Positions 1 to 12,596 of a stretch of DNA of 64,000 bases are shown piece after piece. The number at the start of each line of letters is the position of its first letter. Within the stretch, counting starts at the first letter, position 1. The notes under the pieces are model-generated. The model ran no database searches and was not told where the DNA came from. It worked only from the letters and a program-made list of their open reading frames with translations. The DNA lies in NCBI RefSeq assembly GCF_009914755.1, contig NC_060926.1; one strand, given 5' to 3'. The position numbers were made by a program, and so were the translations under genes. Source of the stretch: the human T2T-CHM13v2.0 reference genome, Homo sapiens.

Positions 1-476
1 TTCTTAAACTCTTATTTTTAAATAACTACACGCCTACAAAAAAATGGTGAAAACAGTACCCAGAGTTTCTAAATTCCTTTCCCCAACTCCCTCAAATGTT
101 CAGATCATTATACTATAATGATCAAAACCAGAGTCTTATGATCAATACAACCCTATTAACTTGTATACAAACCTTATTTGAATTTTACCGGTTGTCCCCG
201 AGATCATGTTTCTGCCTCAGGATCCAACCCAGGATCCCTCATTGCATGTATTTCTCATGTTCCTTTCTCATATTTAATTTGGAACAGTTCTTCCATCTTT
301 CTTTGTCTTTTATGACCTCAGTGTTATTTTTAAGAGTACTGTTTCTGTTTTATTATTTTCTGTTTTATTATTATTATTGTTTGTTTCTGTTTTATTATTA
401 TTATTTTTAAAATAGACTGTGCCTCAAATTGGGTTTTTCTGTGTTTTCTAGTTAGGTTAAGATGATGTACTTTTGG

Positions 477-797
477 GGCCGGGTGTGGTGGCTCATGCCT
501 GTAATCCCAGCACTTTGGGAGGGCAAGGCCGGCGGATCATTTGAGGTCAGGAGTTCAAGACAGCCTGGCCAACACGGTGAAACCCCATCTCTACTAAAAG
601 CACAAAAATTAGCCGGGCGTGGTGGTGCATGCCTGTAATTCCAGTTACTCAAGAGGCTGAGGCAGTAGAATCGCTTGAACCTGGGAGGCAGAGCTTGCAG
701 TGAGCCAAGATCCTGCCACTGCACTCCAGCCTGGGCAACAGAGCAAGACTCCATCTCAAAAAATAATAATAATAATAAATAAATAAATAATTAAAAA
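477..797 (+). mobile_element. Alu (AluS-like), full length
   Basis: GGCCGGGTGTGGTGGCTCATGCCTGTAATCCCAGC start, A-rich tail, 18-bp TSD AAGATGATGTACTTTTGG at 459-476 and 798-815. Confidence 0.97.
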
Positions 798-957
798 AAG
801 ATGATGTACTTTTGGCAAGAATGCCACAGAAATGATACTGTGACCTTCTCAATGCACCATAACAGGAGATACGTGATGTGGCTATGTCTCATTACTGATC
901 ATTACTTGGTTAAGGTGGTATCTGCCAGATTTCTCCACAGTTACTATTTTCCCCTTG

Positions 958-1290
958 GTTTTTTTGTTTGTTTGTTTTGTTTTGTTTTGTTTTGTTTTGA
1001 GATGGAGTCTTGCTCTGTCACCCAGACTGGAGTGCAGTGGCACAATCTCAGCTCACTGTAAGCTCTGCCTCCCGGGTTCATGCCATTCTCCTGCCTCAGC
1101 CTCCTGAGTAGCTGGGACTACAGGCACCTGCCACCACGCCCAGCTACTTTTTTTATTTTATTTTATATTTTTAGTAGAGACGGGGTCTCATTGTGTTAGC
1201 CAGGATGGTCTTGATCTCCTGACCTCGTGATCCGCCCGCCTCGGCCTCTGAAAGTGCTGGGATTACAAGCGTGAGCTACCGTGCATGGCC
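958..1290 (-). mobile_element. Alu (AluY-like) with (CAAAA)n tail
   Basis: Reverse-complement Alu consensus including CCATTCTCCTGCCTCAGCC and TTAGCCAGGATGGTCTTGATCTCCTGACCTCGTGATCCGCCCGCC. Confidence 0.96.
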
Positions 1291-1846
1291 TCCCCTTTGT
1301 GTTTATTAAGTATCTTATGGGGAGATGATTCAAAACTATGCAAATATCCTGTCTTTTATTATCCTTTTTGCCTACTCAGCATCTATCGATGATTCTTGCC
1401 TATGACAATTACTACTGTGATGTTGCGAAAGGATCATTTTCTATTTCTACTTTCTACTCCTTCTACACTGGTTAATTGGAACTCTCCTGTAAGGATGAGC
1501 TTAGTTACATCAAATTACTTCTTTGTATCACTATGAAAGGAAAGCTATTTCTTTCATTCTGTGGGTTATAATTCACTGATGTCATTATTTATTTTATTGC
1601 TCAAATCGTCCCAGATTTGTCTATTGAAAATGCCTTCTTCTTGTTTGGTTGGTTTTCGTTTTGTTACAAGCCTCCATCATTTTTTCAGCACTTGCATGCA
1701 GCATATCTTAAAATCCCCAGTTCTGTGACTGGCACTATTATAGGTCTAACGGAAATTAAGATGAGGCAATGTGGCATTCTCCTGACATTTAAACTGAGTC
1801 AGATAACAATGTCCCTAAATATAATATCATTATCATTTCTTATTTT

Positions 1847-2147
1847 ATTTATTTATTTATTTTTTTGAGAAGGAGTCTCGCTCTGTCGCCCAGGCTGGAG
1901 TGCAGTGGCACGATCTCGGCTCAATGCAAGCTCTGCCTCCCAGGTTCACGCCATTCTCCTGCCTCAGCCTCCTGAGTAGCTGGGACTACAGGCACCCCCC
2001 ACCATGCCTGGCTAATTTTTTGTATTTTTAGTAGAGACGGGGTTTCACCATGTTAGCCAGGATGGTCTTGATCTCCTGACCTCGTGATCCACCCGCCTCA
2101 GCCTCCCAAAGTGCTGGGATTACAGGCGTGAGCCACCGTGCCCAGCC
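1847..2147 (-). mobile_element. Alu (AluY-like)
   Basis: Alu consensus; TSD ATTTCTTATTTT at 1835-1846 and 2148-2159. Confidence 0.96.
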
Positions 2148-2162
2148 ATTTCTTATTTTTAA

Positions 2163-2487
<325 letters not shown>

Positions 2488-2754
2488 AATAATATCATTA
2501 TAATTTATTATTAAGTAATTACTTTTTCATAGCTGGAAAGATTTTCTATTGTTGCCCCACTTTGAGTAAAATGGATTCCAGGCCAAAGCTTATTTTCACA
2601 TCCTTTGTATTCCCAGAGCCTTGTGGAGTGCCTTCTACATGGTGGACCCTCAGTACACGTGCACTAAGGGTGTGGACAACTGAATGAGGCAGTCAGTAAG
2701 GGAAGGAGAATGTGGGATGTGGGGGCCAGACTGTTGGTTATCAAACCCCAGCTT

Positions 2755-2900
2755 CCCCTCTTCAGCATGCACATATATTGCTTGGGATCTTGTTCAAGGG
2801 CAGCTTCTGATTCAGTGGGTATGGCTGGGGCCCCGGATCGTGCATTCCCAACAGACCCTCAGGAGATGTGGATCCTGCTTGTTGAGAACCACACTTTGGA
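2755..2900. mobile_element. MER5A-like hAT-Charlie element inside a MIR (MIR continues to about 3100)
   Basis: GGGATCTTGTT...CTGATTCAGT...GAGAACCACACTTTGG motifs; MIR core TTTCTCATCTGTAAAATGGG at 2981-3000. Confidence 0.7.
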
Positions 2901-3200
2901 TGGCAGGACGCCAGGGCTCACATCTACTACCTGCTAACCGGGCAACTTGCCTGAGTCATTTGCCCTCTTTCAACCTTGGTTTTCTCATCTGTAAAATGGG
3001 AACCATCATAGTTGCACCTCCCTCTGAAGATTGTTACCAAAAATAAGAAAGATTGTGCACGTGCTTGGCATTTAGTAAGCGCTGATTGATGCTTATATGT
3101 TGACACTTGTTTAGTTGGCAACAATAAAGAATTGTTGTTTTGGTGACTGTTTGCTTCTCTAAACAGTGGTTCTAATGAGCCCTTCTCCATCTTCCTTCAG

Positions 3201-3297
3201 ATATTCCTCATGTCCTGGAATTTGGGGGCTCACCACTGAATCCTGGGGAAGCAGTTGACAGAGAGCCTGTCTGAGCATGAGGACCTCCAGTTCCCAG
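3201..3297 (+). pseudogene. Fossil exon A
   Basis: cttccttcag| ... |gtgagc; reads IFLMSWNLGAHH*ILGKQLTESLSEHEDLQFP, ends phase 1. Confidence 0.55.
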
Positions 3298-3932
3298 GTG
3301 AGCACCTGCTTGGAACCACAGGCACAAATCCGCAGGCATGGATGCTGATGGAAAGCAAGGTGAGAGGGAGTCAGAGGGAAAGGAGTACATACTTGTTGTG
3401 TTTGCCTCTTTCCTTGATGGCTTGAGGGACAGCTTGGCAATGAGACTGGAGAAGAATGGGAGCTTGCAAAGCAGGCGGATTCCCTTCGCTCCGCTAGTCG
3501 GTGGCGGGTTCCACAGCTGTGCGTGGTGGGGGTTCTCCCTACTGCAGACTCAGGGGGGAAGGGGCAGCCACTGGGCCATCACTGTGTCCAGAATTGGGGC
3601 TCCTTCTCTCTGGCAGAACACAAGCTGTTTACTGAGAAGAACAGAGAAAAAACGGTAGTGGGTGTTGGTGGACCTGCCCATACCTGGTTTTTAACAGGTG
3701 CTTCACACGTGGGGGCAGGTTAGGATAGAGTGCTCACATCATAGATGCTGTGCCCCAAGTGGAGTAGCCTACACACTGCCTCTTGGTCTTCAGTGCCCCA
3801 CGGAAGGAGTAACTAGAGCAACCACTCAGCAGAGGAGGACATTCTGGCTCCGAGAAGGTGAGGAATGTCTGAAGTCACACCTGCCATTCTTGTCTGAAAG
3901 TGGCAGAGCCAAGATTCATCTGATTTCATCAG

Positions 3933-4111
3933 GTCCCCAGAGCCTGCTCCTTTGACCACACTAGCCGCCACATGAGGTAAGATGTCCATGTCTGTACCTG
4001 TGTCCTCCAGGACACAGAGCAGATGCGGCATAGTGCAGGACGTCTGAGGTGAGCTGTTGTAGCAACATCGCCAGCGGGAAATCCATCCTCACAATGCCCC
4101 TGAGCCCTCTG
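3933..4111 (+). pseudogene. Fossil exon B, Ig E-F-G strand-like (alternative acceptor at 4011)
   Basis: tttcatcag| or cctccag| ... |gtgagc; frameshifted pieces DVHVCTCVLQDTEQMRHSAGRL / SNIASGKSILTMPLSPL. Confidence 0.5.
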
Positions 4112-5570
4112 GTGAGCTGCTTTTGGAAAGTGTGACCCACCCCATCCAGGCTGCAAGGCACGCGCTGTTACGCATGTGTGGGCTTAATTATCAACATTGT
4201 TCTAGGCCAGGAGGGACACCCGTCTGCAAGGAGTGAGCTCTCCATTTGATTCCACTTGATATGATTTCCTCAGACCTCAGAGCAGCTCTTCACTGGCAAC
4301 CCTCTCCCTCTTGTGTGTGCCCCTTAATTGGGCTCTGAAGAACACAAGTGTTCCCCCCAATGGACCCGTGACCCTTGTGGACAGAAGGACATAGCCTGAA
4401 TTAGTGTTGCCACCACTGGAGGGGCCCAAGGACCACAGGGAGAGGTGTCTACAGGAGGTTTACCCAAAAGCTTCAAAGATGTAGTAGACAGCAGGGGAGA
4501 GACAAACATGCCCTCATTTTTTTATTGAGCAAATATAGGCAGGGGTTCAGCAATGAAGAAGGCAGATGAGGCCCTGGACTCATGGAGTTTATGTTTTGGG
4601 GTTGGTCAGGCAATTATTAAATAGAAGTATAGTTGCAATACAAATATAGAACAGGATGACCTAACAGAGGAGTTGGAGGGGTTGGAGTAGGAGTCAGGGA
4701 GAGCATTTCTTAGGATGTGACATTTAAACCTGACTAGTGTCCCCAGAGGTGGCTGACCATGGGCATCTAAGGAGCGGGCCACTGCCTGCAGAGATTGGAT
4801 TCAGGGCTAAGTGTGAGCCAGCCTGGTGTGCTCAGGCTCTCCTGGTGCTCTCATAGATGATGCATTCACCTGGCGCCTGTCCCCATTCTGCCTGTCCACC
4901 TGATAGATCTCCATCCTCTGTTAGGCAAAGACGATGTGGCCAGTGTGAAGGACAAAGGCCTGTGGGTCACACAGAGGTGGGTTCACTTACTGCCTCCATC
5001 ACTCCTTTTTTGGGTGACCTTGGACGAGTGGCTTACTTGTCTCTCTTAGACTCAGTTTTCTTATTTGTAAAATGGGAAGAATATCATCTTGCATAAACGT
5101 GAAGAATATAATGATACAGATAACTTAGCACAATGCCTAGTATACGAATCACACTGAATAAATATACGCGTGTACATACCGTGATGCCCTCATATGCTCA
5201 TTACATGTGCATTTATATGTGTTGAATATACACGTGCACCTAATGCCTCACACACGTCTATGCACACGCATGCCGACACACTTCTTGAACCACAGATTCA
5301 ATTAGAATTTATGACGGAAACAAGACACAGGAAACAAACAATCATTAAAATCTGATCATTTCTTGCTTCCGCTTAAGGCTGTTTTCCTGAGCCATCTGGG
5401 AACAATTTATTGAAGCTATAATTGTGCATTAAATATTGCGATTTGTTCCAGACTTTGTCTATGAAATGAACGATATAGAGATTTATTGTCTAGTCAGCAA
5501 ATCGGACGGCCCTGCAGCTCTTCCTCCTGACATAATTTTCCTTGTCCCCACACTCGCTCCCCTCTTTCAG

Positions 5571-5724
5571 GATCCCATCACAAAAGTACATGCTGTGTCT
5601 CAATGATGGCATCAAATACACATGCAGGAGAAAGAGGATGGCAGGAGCGAAGGCCCTCTATGCTTAGCGACAGTGAAGGTGACGGGGGACGACGTCTGCT
5701 GAGAAAGACATTTCTCTTTATCAG
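5571..5724 (+). pseudogene. Fossil exon C, Ig C-terminal-like
   Basis: Long pyrimidine tract ctctttcag| ... |gttgag; pieces KYMLCLNDGIKYTCRRKRMAGAKALYA / LATVKVTGDDVC*ERHFSLS. Confidence 0.55.
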
Positions 5725-5999
5725 GTTGAGGGTTCTTGGGCCCCTGAGTACCATGTAGCTCCCTCCTGGGGACAGAGGAGGGTGGACAGTGCATGGACCT
5801 GCCATAGGAGAGTGTCACCTCGCACAGCCTGGTGCCCGAGAGCTGGGGACTGTGCCCGCAGCTCTGTGTGGCTGCACTGTGGGGAAACGTGATGGTGAGA
5901 TGGAGCAGAAACGGAGCTGATCCCTTGGTGGTGAGGTTTCTGTCCAGGACCAGTTGCTGTCAGTCATGTGTCTGAGGTTCCCTCCAAACAACTGTTTTT

Positions 6000-6308
<309 letters not shown>

Positions 6309-6406
6309 CACACACAACTGTTTTTTTTCAACCCTGAATTAGAATTTAAGCAAGGAACAAAGGGAAAATTGTCAATGCTGAAAAACTGGAAAAGCAAATG
6401 GGTTGA

Positions 6407-6822
6407 GGCTGCACACGGTGGCTCAGGCCTGTAATCCCAACACTTGGGAGGCTGAGGCAGGAGGATGGATTGAGCCCAGAATTTTGAGACCAACCTGGGC
6501 AACATAGCGAGAATCTGTCTTTACAAAAAATTAAAAAATTAGCCAGGCATGGTGGCAGGCACCCGTACTTCCAGCTACTCTAGCGGCTGAGGTGGGAGGA
6601 TCGCTTGAGCCCAGGTGATGGAGGCTGCCATGAGCGGTGATCACACCATTGCTCGCCAGCCTGTGTGACAGAGCGAGACTCTGTCTCTACTAAAAATTTT
6701 AAAAGTTAGCTGGGCGTGGTGGTGCATGCCTGCAGTCCCAGCTAGTTGGGAGGATCAACGTCTCTTCACTACAGCCTGGGTGACAGAGTGAGAACCCATC
6801 TCAAAAAGTAAAAATAAAAAAA
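6407..6822 (+). mobile_element. AluJ-like element with a third, internally deleted arm
   Basis: Left arm 6407-6540, right arm 6541-6687, A-rich linker, extra right arm 6708-6822. Confidence 0.85.
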
Positions 6823-7528
6823 GGGTAGAGTCGCCAAAGCTTGGGGAAAAGAGAGCACAGAGAAGGAAAGTAATATTTGCTGAGCATCTACTATGTGCAA
6901 GGAGCTTTAGATGATATTTTCATGCAGTGCAACTGATACTCACTTTACACGTGTGCACGCCAGTGTCCTGAGGATCCAAGGAACTTGCTCTAGTTTCCAC
7001 AACTAGCAAGTCCCAGAGAGAGATTCTAACCTCAGCTACCTGGATCCAAGCTGGGCCGTGTTCTCTCTTCCAAGGGTTTGGCTCGATGCTGGGCGGTGTC
7101 CAGGGTGGGACGGGTCTCTGGGGCATCCCCTACCTCACTGCTGTCACCCCACCTGCCTTTTCATGTCTTGGCTGCCCGGTGCCATTGTCCCCTATGTGAG
7201 GGTCTCCCTCTCCCTGACACCGGATCCTGCATGAGAGGCAGTTCGTTCCCCTCCCTGAGAAGCTTGGCTCAATGCCCATGTACATTTGGGGCGAGTTAGA
7301 GATCACACAGTGTCCGGTGAAAGGTGGAATAAATAAATGAGTGACTGACCATGGCCCTCCCGATCTTTCGTAGATTTCTGTTTTGCGTCACTGGCCTAGG
7401 CAAGCACTTAATAGTTAAACGGTTTCTCCACTCCCAGCAGGTTTTTGTTTTCTTTCTTCTTTGTTTTCTTTCCTTTCCTCTCCCACCCACCCCATTTGTT
7501 GTGGTGCCTACTTTGAACTTGTCATCAG

Positions 7529-7658
7529 CAATGGTGAATTCAGGAATAAAAGGCGACAGAAGCACAGGAATTGGCACTTCTCTGTGTCTCTGGGCAGCGC
7601 ATGGCCTGGTTGTTCTGCTGTGACCTTTGGCCTATGACACCAGGATGAGGATAAACAG
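7529..7658 (+). pseudogene. Fossil exon D
   Basis: ttgtcatcag| ... |gtatac; pieces AMVNSGIKGD / NWHFSVSLGSAWPG / AYDTRMRINR. Confidence 0.45.
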
Positions 7659-9001
7659 GTATACACAGTCCCTGCGGCCTTTGTGAACAGAGGGCGTTTG
7701 CAAAAGACAGTTGTGTGCTGTTTCTTTCTGAGTAACTTCCGTGGAGTCCCACTGCCCTGGAGAAAGAGGACAGGATGTGAGGGTCTGTGCAGCAAGTGGG
7801 CAGAAGGCAGCACCTGCTCCTCATTGTCAAAATCTGAGAAGGACTTGGAACTGGAAGAAAAACAAACCCCTGGGGACGGATTGGAACCAGGGCTAGGAAG
7901 GAGCTGCAGCTGGTGGGTGGGAGAGGTGGCAGGATGGGTAGCCAGGGCCTGGATTGTTGCTCCCTCAGCACGTGCTGGCCTCAGTGCAGGGAGGACTTGT
8001 TGCAGGCTCAGAGACAGATTTCCACCTGCAGGATCTTGGCAGACCCGCTCAAGGCCTGCTCTGCTCCTTTCCCACCTGCCTGGACGAGGCGTCTCAAAGC
8101 TGCTGGAATCTCCGAGATGGGCAGAAGCCCATGGGCTGGGGCAATGCGTTTCTACTGCGCTTTGTCTCAAATGCTGAGTGGATGATGCTGCTTGGTGTCT
8201 GGGGAGCATGTGTAAACCTCAAACTTTTCTAAACCCTGGCTTTGTCGTGGCAGCCTTGTGGAACCGTGCAATCATAGCGTACCATTTCTGTAATGAGAAC
8301 CATTTCCCGAATATTAAGCTGGGCGCAGATCGCGTATCTTAACAGGGAAGAGAAGAATCTCTCAATTTTGTTAAATAAATATATTTAACAAGAGTTTAGG
8401 TATATAAACACATAGAGGCACACATGTCTATGAGTGTTTGTATGTATGTATATATACCTGTGTGGGGAAAACACTCTAGAAAGCAACATATCACAAAGTT
8501 AAACAACTTTACCCTTGGTGGCAGTTGTTTTCCCTTTATTTTCCATTTTCAAAATTGTCTAAAATAAAAGAAGCAAATATGGTCAAAACGAACTATCAGA
8601 AAGAGGATATTAAATTGAAAAACATTATAAATATGCTTTAGATTGTTTTTTGAGGGTGGTGTGTTAGATTCCTTGAGTTCCAATCCTGTTTTCCCCACAG
8701 AGTCCACCAATGCATGATCTTGGATTTCCCAGTGCCTCAGCTTCCCTAACTGAAACAGAGAAGGAATAACAGCCTCCAGTAATGTTCTAAAAGTTTAAAA
8801 GTTAGTTTTTATACTTATGAAATGTATCACTGAGCATTAAACATCGTTTATCCGCATATTAATAATTCATTAGGTTTTAACTATTACATTCCAAACCACC
8901 AATGCAGCACATTGAAATAATTAGGCTGATCATTAATGGAGAAGGATGGGGATAAATGGTGAGTGCATCTACAGCTTTTTTTTTTTTTCTTACGAAAACA
9001 G

Positions 9002-9082
9002 CAGAGGGTAACAATGTTGTGACAAGGAGGCCGTTGCTTCGATGAGATTACAATCTTTGACCTCAGAAACTGCTGGTGGACT
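9002..9082 (+). pseudogene. Fossil exon E
   Basis: Poly-T tract then aaaacag| ... |gtgagt; pieces AEGNNVVTRRPLLR*DY / ITIFDLRNCWWT. Confidence 0.5.
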
Positions 9083-9404
9083 GTGAGTCTGGAAGACGGA
9101 CCTGGCTTCTCTCTGCGGCAGGGAAGGCTGGGGTCACAGCAGGCCGGCTGGAGTTCTCTGGGTCACCTGGGGCTGCCAGCTCAGCTCGGTGGCCTGGCTC
9201 ACATCCCCGGGCACTGTCCCGTGAAGTCACAGGAGCTGTATGCCCAGCCACTCTCCCACCTTGACAATTCTTCCTTCCCATTATTGGTCCTGCTAAATCT
9301 GCGCTGAGGCTTCCTAAGAGAGAACAAGTCCCCCGGGTCATCCTCAGGCCCTTTCAGTCCCTGTGCTGGCTGCACACAACCTCCCAAGCCAGAGTTAATG
9401 CACC

Positions 9405-9581
9405 CAGGGCTGACAGATTCAGCAAATTACAAAGATAGGAGCCCAGTTAAATGTGAATTTCAGATACATAACCAATAGTGTTTTAGTATAAGGGACACAC
9501 TTAAACTAAAAATAGCCACTGGGCTGTTTCTCTGAAATTCAATTTTAATTGGGTGTCCTGTATTCGATCTGGCAGCCCCTG
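9405..9581. mobile_element. MER53-like palindromic hAT element
   Basis: Inverted ends CAGGGCTGACAGAT / ATCTGGCAGCCCCTG, internal inverted GAATTTCAGA / TCTGAAATTC, TGCACC on both flanks. Confidence 0.8.
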
Positions 9582-9621
9582 TGCACCACAAATCCAAACA
9601 CCCACTAAGAGGTGTATTTCA

Positions 9622-9953
<332 letters not shown>

Positions 9954-10014
9954 AGAGAGAACTTAGAAGGGGGAATATGTCCACCTCCGAGGGAAGTTCA
10001 GATTTAATTTAAAC

Positions 10015-10239
10015 CAAGTGTTGGCAAAGTATAACTCATAGTCCAAATCCAGCCCATGGCTTGTTTTTGTAAATGAAGTTTTATTGGAATGCCACCGTGC
10101 CCATTCATTTACAAAGTCTCTATGGCTGCTTCCATGCCACAATGGCAGTGCTGGGTAGTTGCATCTGAGACCACATGTGGCCCATGAACCTGAAAGATTT
10201 AATACCTGGCCCTTTACGGAAAAAGTGTGCAGACTTCTG
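10015..10239 (+). mobile_element. MER58A-like hAT-Charlie element
   Basis: CCAAATCCAGCCC..GTTTTTGTAAAT..GTTTTATTGGAA..TGGCCCTTTAC.GAAAAAGT.TGC motifs. Confidence 0.88.
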
Positions 10240-10480
10240 ATTTTTAAGGCATGGCTGACAGCTGCCCGGAGCCGGCTCTGGTCAGAGTAAGAATATTCAG
10301 GCCCTGGGATGCCCCTGATGTCCTGCGTCTCACAGCATTTTTGTTTGCATTTGACCCTAAGAGAGAAAAAGAACCTAATCTAAGCATCTAGGACTCCCAG
10401 GCTGGGAGCCGCAGATGGGTCATTGACCCTAGAAAGTGGGGTGGCTACATCAGGCAGACTGCTTTGCCTATTCAGGACAG

Positions 10481-10605
10481 TCATGCGGGAGTGACCTCGT
10501 GAAGATCTTCAGAGTCCAGGCCCCAGGCATTTACCATCTCACCAGAATGGCCACGTCATCCAAGAATGTTGCTAGCCTGCTCACCCCTGAGATGAATATT
10601 GTGGG
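10481..10605 (+). pseudogene. Fossil exon F, calpain domain III-like (alternative acceptors at 10454 and 10476)
   Basis: Open frame SCGSDLVKIFRVQAPGIYHLTRMATSSKNVASLLTPEMNIVG; strong donor GG|gtaaga, phase 2. Confidence 0.6.
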
Positions 10606-10844
10606 GTAAGAAACCATCGTGCAAGGCAAGGTCCTGTCACCTAGCATTTGAATCCAGCTTAACCTCGTCAGAAACAGCAGCGGGTTGCACAGGGCAGACT
10701 ATCACGAGGTGCTCCTTGTCCAGGCAAGGCTCCCTAGGGCACTTTACCAGAGCCAGATCACTTACTGGGATAAAGGGCATGAGTCACAGGACCGGGCACG
10801 TCACCTGCTGGGAGATGCATCCTCATTTGCTGTGCTACCCTCAG

Positions 10845-10995
10845 CAAAGGCCGATCTGTGTCTCCTCAACCTGAGGGTCAGGGGGATTATCTTTGCTTCT
10901 TCTCTGACCAAAAGGCCATATAAACATTATCTGAGGGGAAGCAAACCAGAGCTGCCTTTCACAGCATGGTCCTCCCAGGAGAGCCTTCAGGTTAC
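10845..10995 (+). pseudogene. Fossil exon G, calpain domain III C-terminal-like
   Basis: ctaccctcag| ... |gtaagc; joins exon F in phase as GKGRSVSPQPEGQGDYLCFFSDQKAI*TLSEGKQTRAAFHSMVLPGEPSGY. Confidence 0.55.
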
Positions 10996-11768
10996 GTAAG
11001 CAGCTCAGCTGACTGCAGCAGCTCAGCACCAGATTCTCTGGCCCAGGCTCATGGTCCATCTGCCAGGAAATAGAAGCTCTGTTGCATTGCCTGGAAGAGA
11101 TGCCACAAGAGGGAAAGGGGCAGAGAGTTAAAAAAGTTTAAAGAGAACAAGTAAATGACATTACAAGAAATAATGCATGAGAGTAAGTTTCCAGCCTTAA
11201 ATGCACTGAAGTCTACCCAAGGATGTCTTATGTGGCAGCCAGTGACTCAAAGTGGCTAGTGACTTCCTGGTGGTTACCTGGCCTCCCTTCCTGGGAGTCC
11301 ACCTGTCTAAGCCAGAGTTCATGGCAGGGAACACTTTAGCCCCACGTTGCTTTGGGCAGGTTCTATGTGGGCCCAGAGATTCAAACGACACCTTTTCTCT
11401 TTAGTTGCCATCTTCAGGTGCACGATGGGACCATCGCAACCTGCAGAGGAAGGGATTCCCTCACTCTCTTACTCCCTAACCCATTCATTCACTTTTTAGT
11501 ATTTTTCTCATTCACGTATTTAATATCCTACTGTGCTGCATATGGTTAGATTTAGTTCATTTCTCTAGGACTCAATGGTTTTTTAAAAATGTAAGCAACA
11601 AACCAACATCTTACCCAGAATCCCAATATGTCCAACAAATAAGAGGTAGGTGGTAACTTTCAGGCAGATACAACTTATTATTTATGTATTTCTGTGTGCA
11701 TGTATTTGCATGTATTTGGAAATCTTCTCCCTGGGCTCCTTACTCCCTCCTCCCCTGCCACTTTTCAG

Positions 11769-11833
11769 ATTGGGGGAAAGTGTCCTCATTATTTCAGCTG
11801 AATTTGCAGCCCTGAGCCCCAGGGATGGAAGGC
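11769..11833 (+). pseudogene. Fossil exon H
   Basis: Long pyrimidine tract cttttcag| ... |gtgagt; open frame LGESVLIISAEFAALSPRDGR; phase does not match exon G directly. Confidence 0.45.
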
Positions 11834-12596
11834 GTGAGTCCAGCATTGTGAGACAGCAGTGCCGAGAGCCTTCTCTGAGTAAGGCAGGAAGCCTTCCCAA
11901 TTCCAGTCTCCAAGTTTTATTCTTTCCTGAATCAAGGACAATGCCAGGCTTTTGGGCGTGGAGGCCCTCTCTACATGAATTCCCATATGAGGCTCTTCTA
12001 TTTCAACAGCCTCCAAATTGGAATGTATTTTGAAGCCCCCCATACAGCCCCCTGTTGTCATTGACCCTAAATCTGCAGGCACAGGAAATTGGTCCACACC
12101 CTGCTCTGTACGGCTGCCCTGTAAGTATTTGAAGATGGTTCTCTCGTTCTCCTGAAGTCTTGGGTTTTCCCCTTCTGCTTCTCACCATCTTTTCTTTCCA
12201 TGGCTTCTCATGTATGGTGGATTTTGAACTTTTCCTGGACATGCTCTTTGAACCTCCTTCAGTCTACTAGTGTCCTTAAGGCCTCGTGTTTGTAGCTAAA
12301 CCTGGCACTTTGGATTTGGATTTTCTGTAATGGAGCTGAGGTGATCCAGACATCATGCTCAGGGCATCGTTAACCAGCAGGAGATGGCTCAGTCCCTAGC
12401 AGCTCTGCAGTCTGTGAAGGTGCCTAAGTTTTCTCACGTGCATGCCTCTCTCAGTCACATCTTTTTCACTCTGTACACATTTAAGTGTATGTCTGAACCC
12501 AAGTGCACATTTTTTAATGATCACTATTGAATGTCTTTCTCTACATTTATTCTTCGCTCCAGTTATCAAGATGTTTCTAGACTTTCCCTTGGTCAT

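Larger units (their letters stand above)
1..1620 (-). mobile_element. Old L1 (L1MC/L1ME-type) 3' region fragment, interrupted by two Alus
   Basis: AT-rich degenerate sequence resembling the L1M fragment at 37015-38520; continues across the Alu TSD at 459-476/798-815. Confidence 0.6.

Noticed and set aside
452-754. ORFs such as [13 protein letters not shown] (also 12834, 20373, 50056, 52162, 59305, 62891)
   Set aside because: Translations of Alu sequence, not genes.
4062-4085. SNIASGKS as a deoxynucleoside-kinase P-loop
   Set aside because: Lacks the preceding hydrophobic strand and the first Gly (IEGNIASGK); the context fits an Ig F-G region better.
7508-8209. 233-aa minus ORF and the overlapping 143-164 aa ORFs
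   Set aside because: Low-complexity S/P/L/G composition, no recognisable domain, open frames on both strands in GC-rich DNA; consistent with chance.
9002-9082. VVTRRPL as dynamin G2 motif, or FDEITIFDL..W as a kelch repeat
   Set aside because: No G1/G3 GTPase motifs or further kelch repeats in neighbouring exons.
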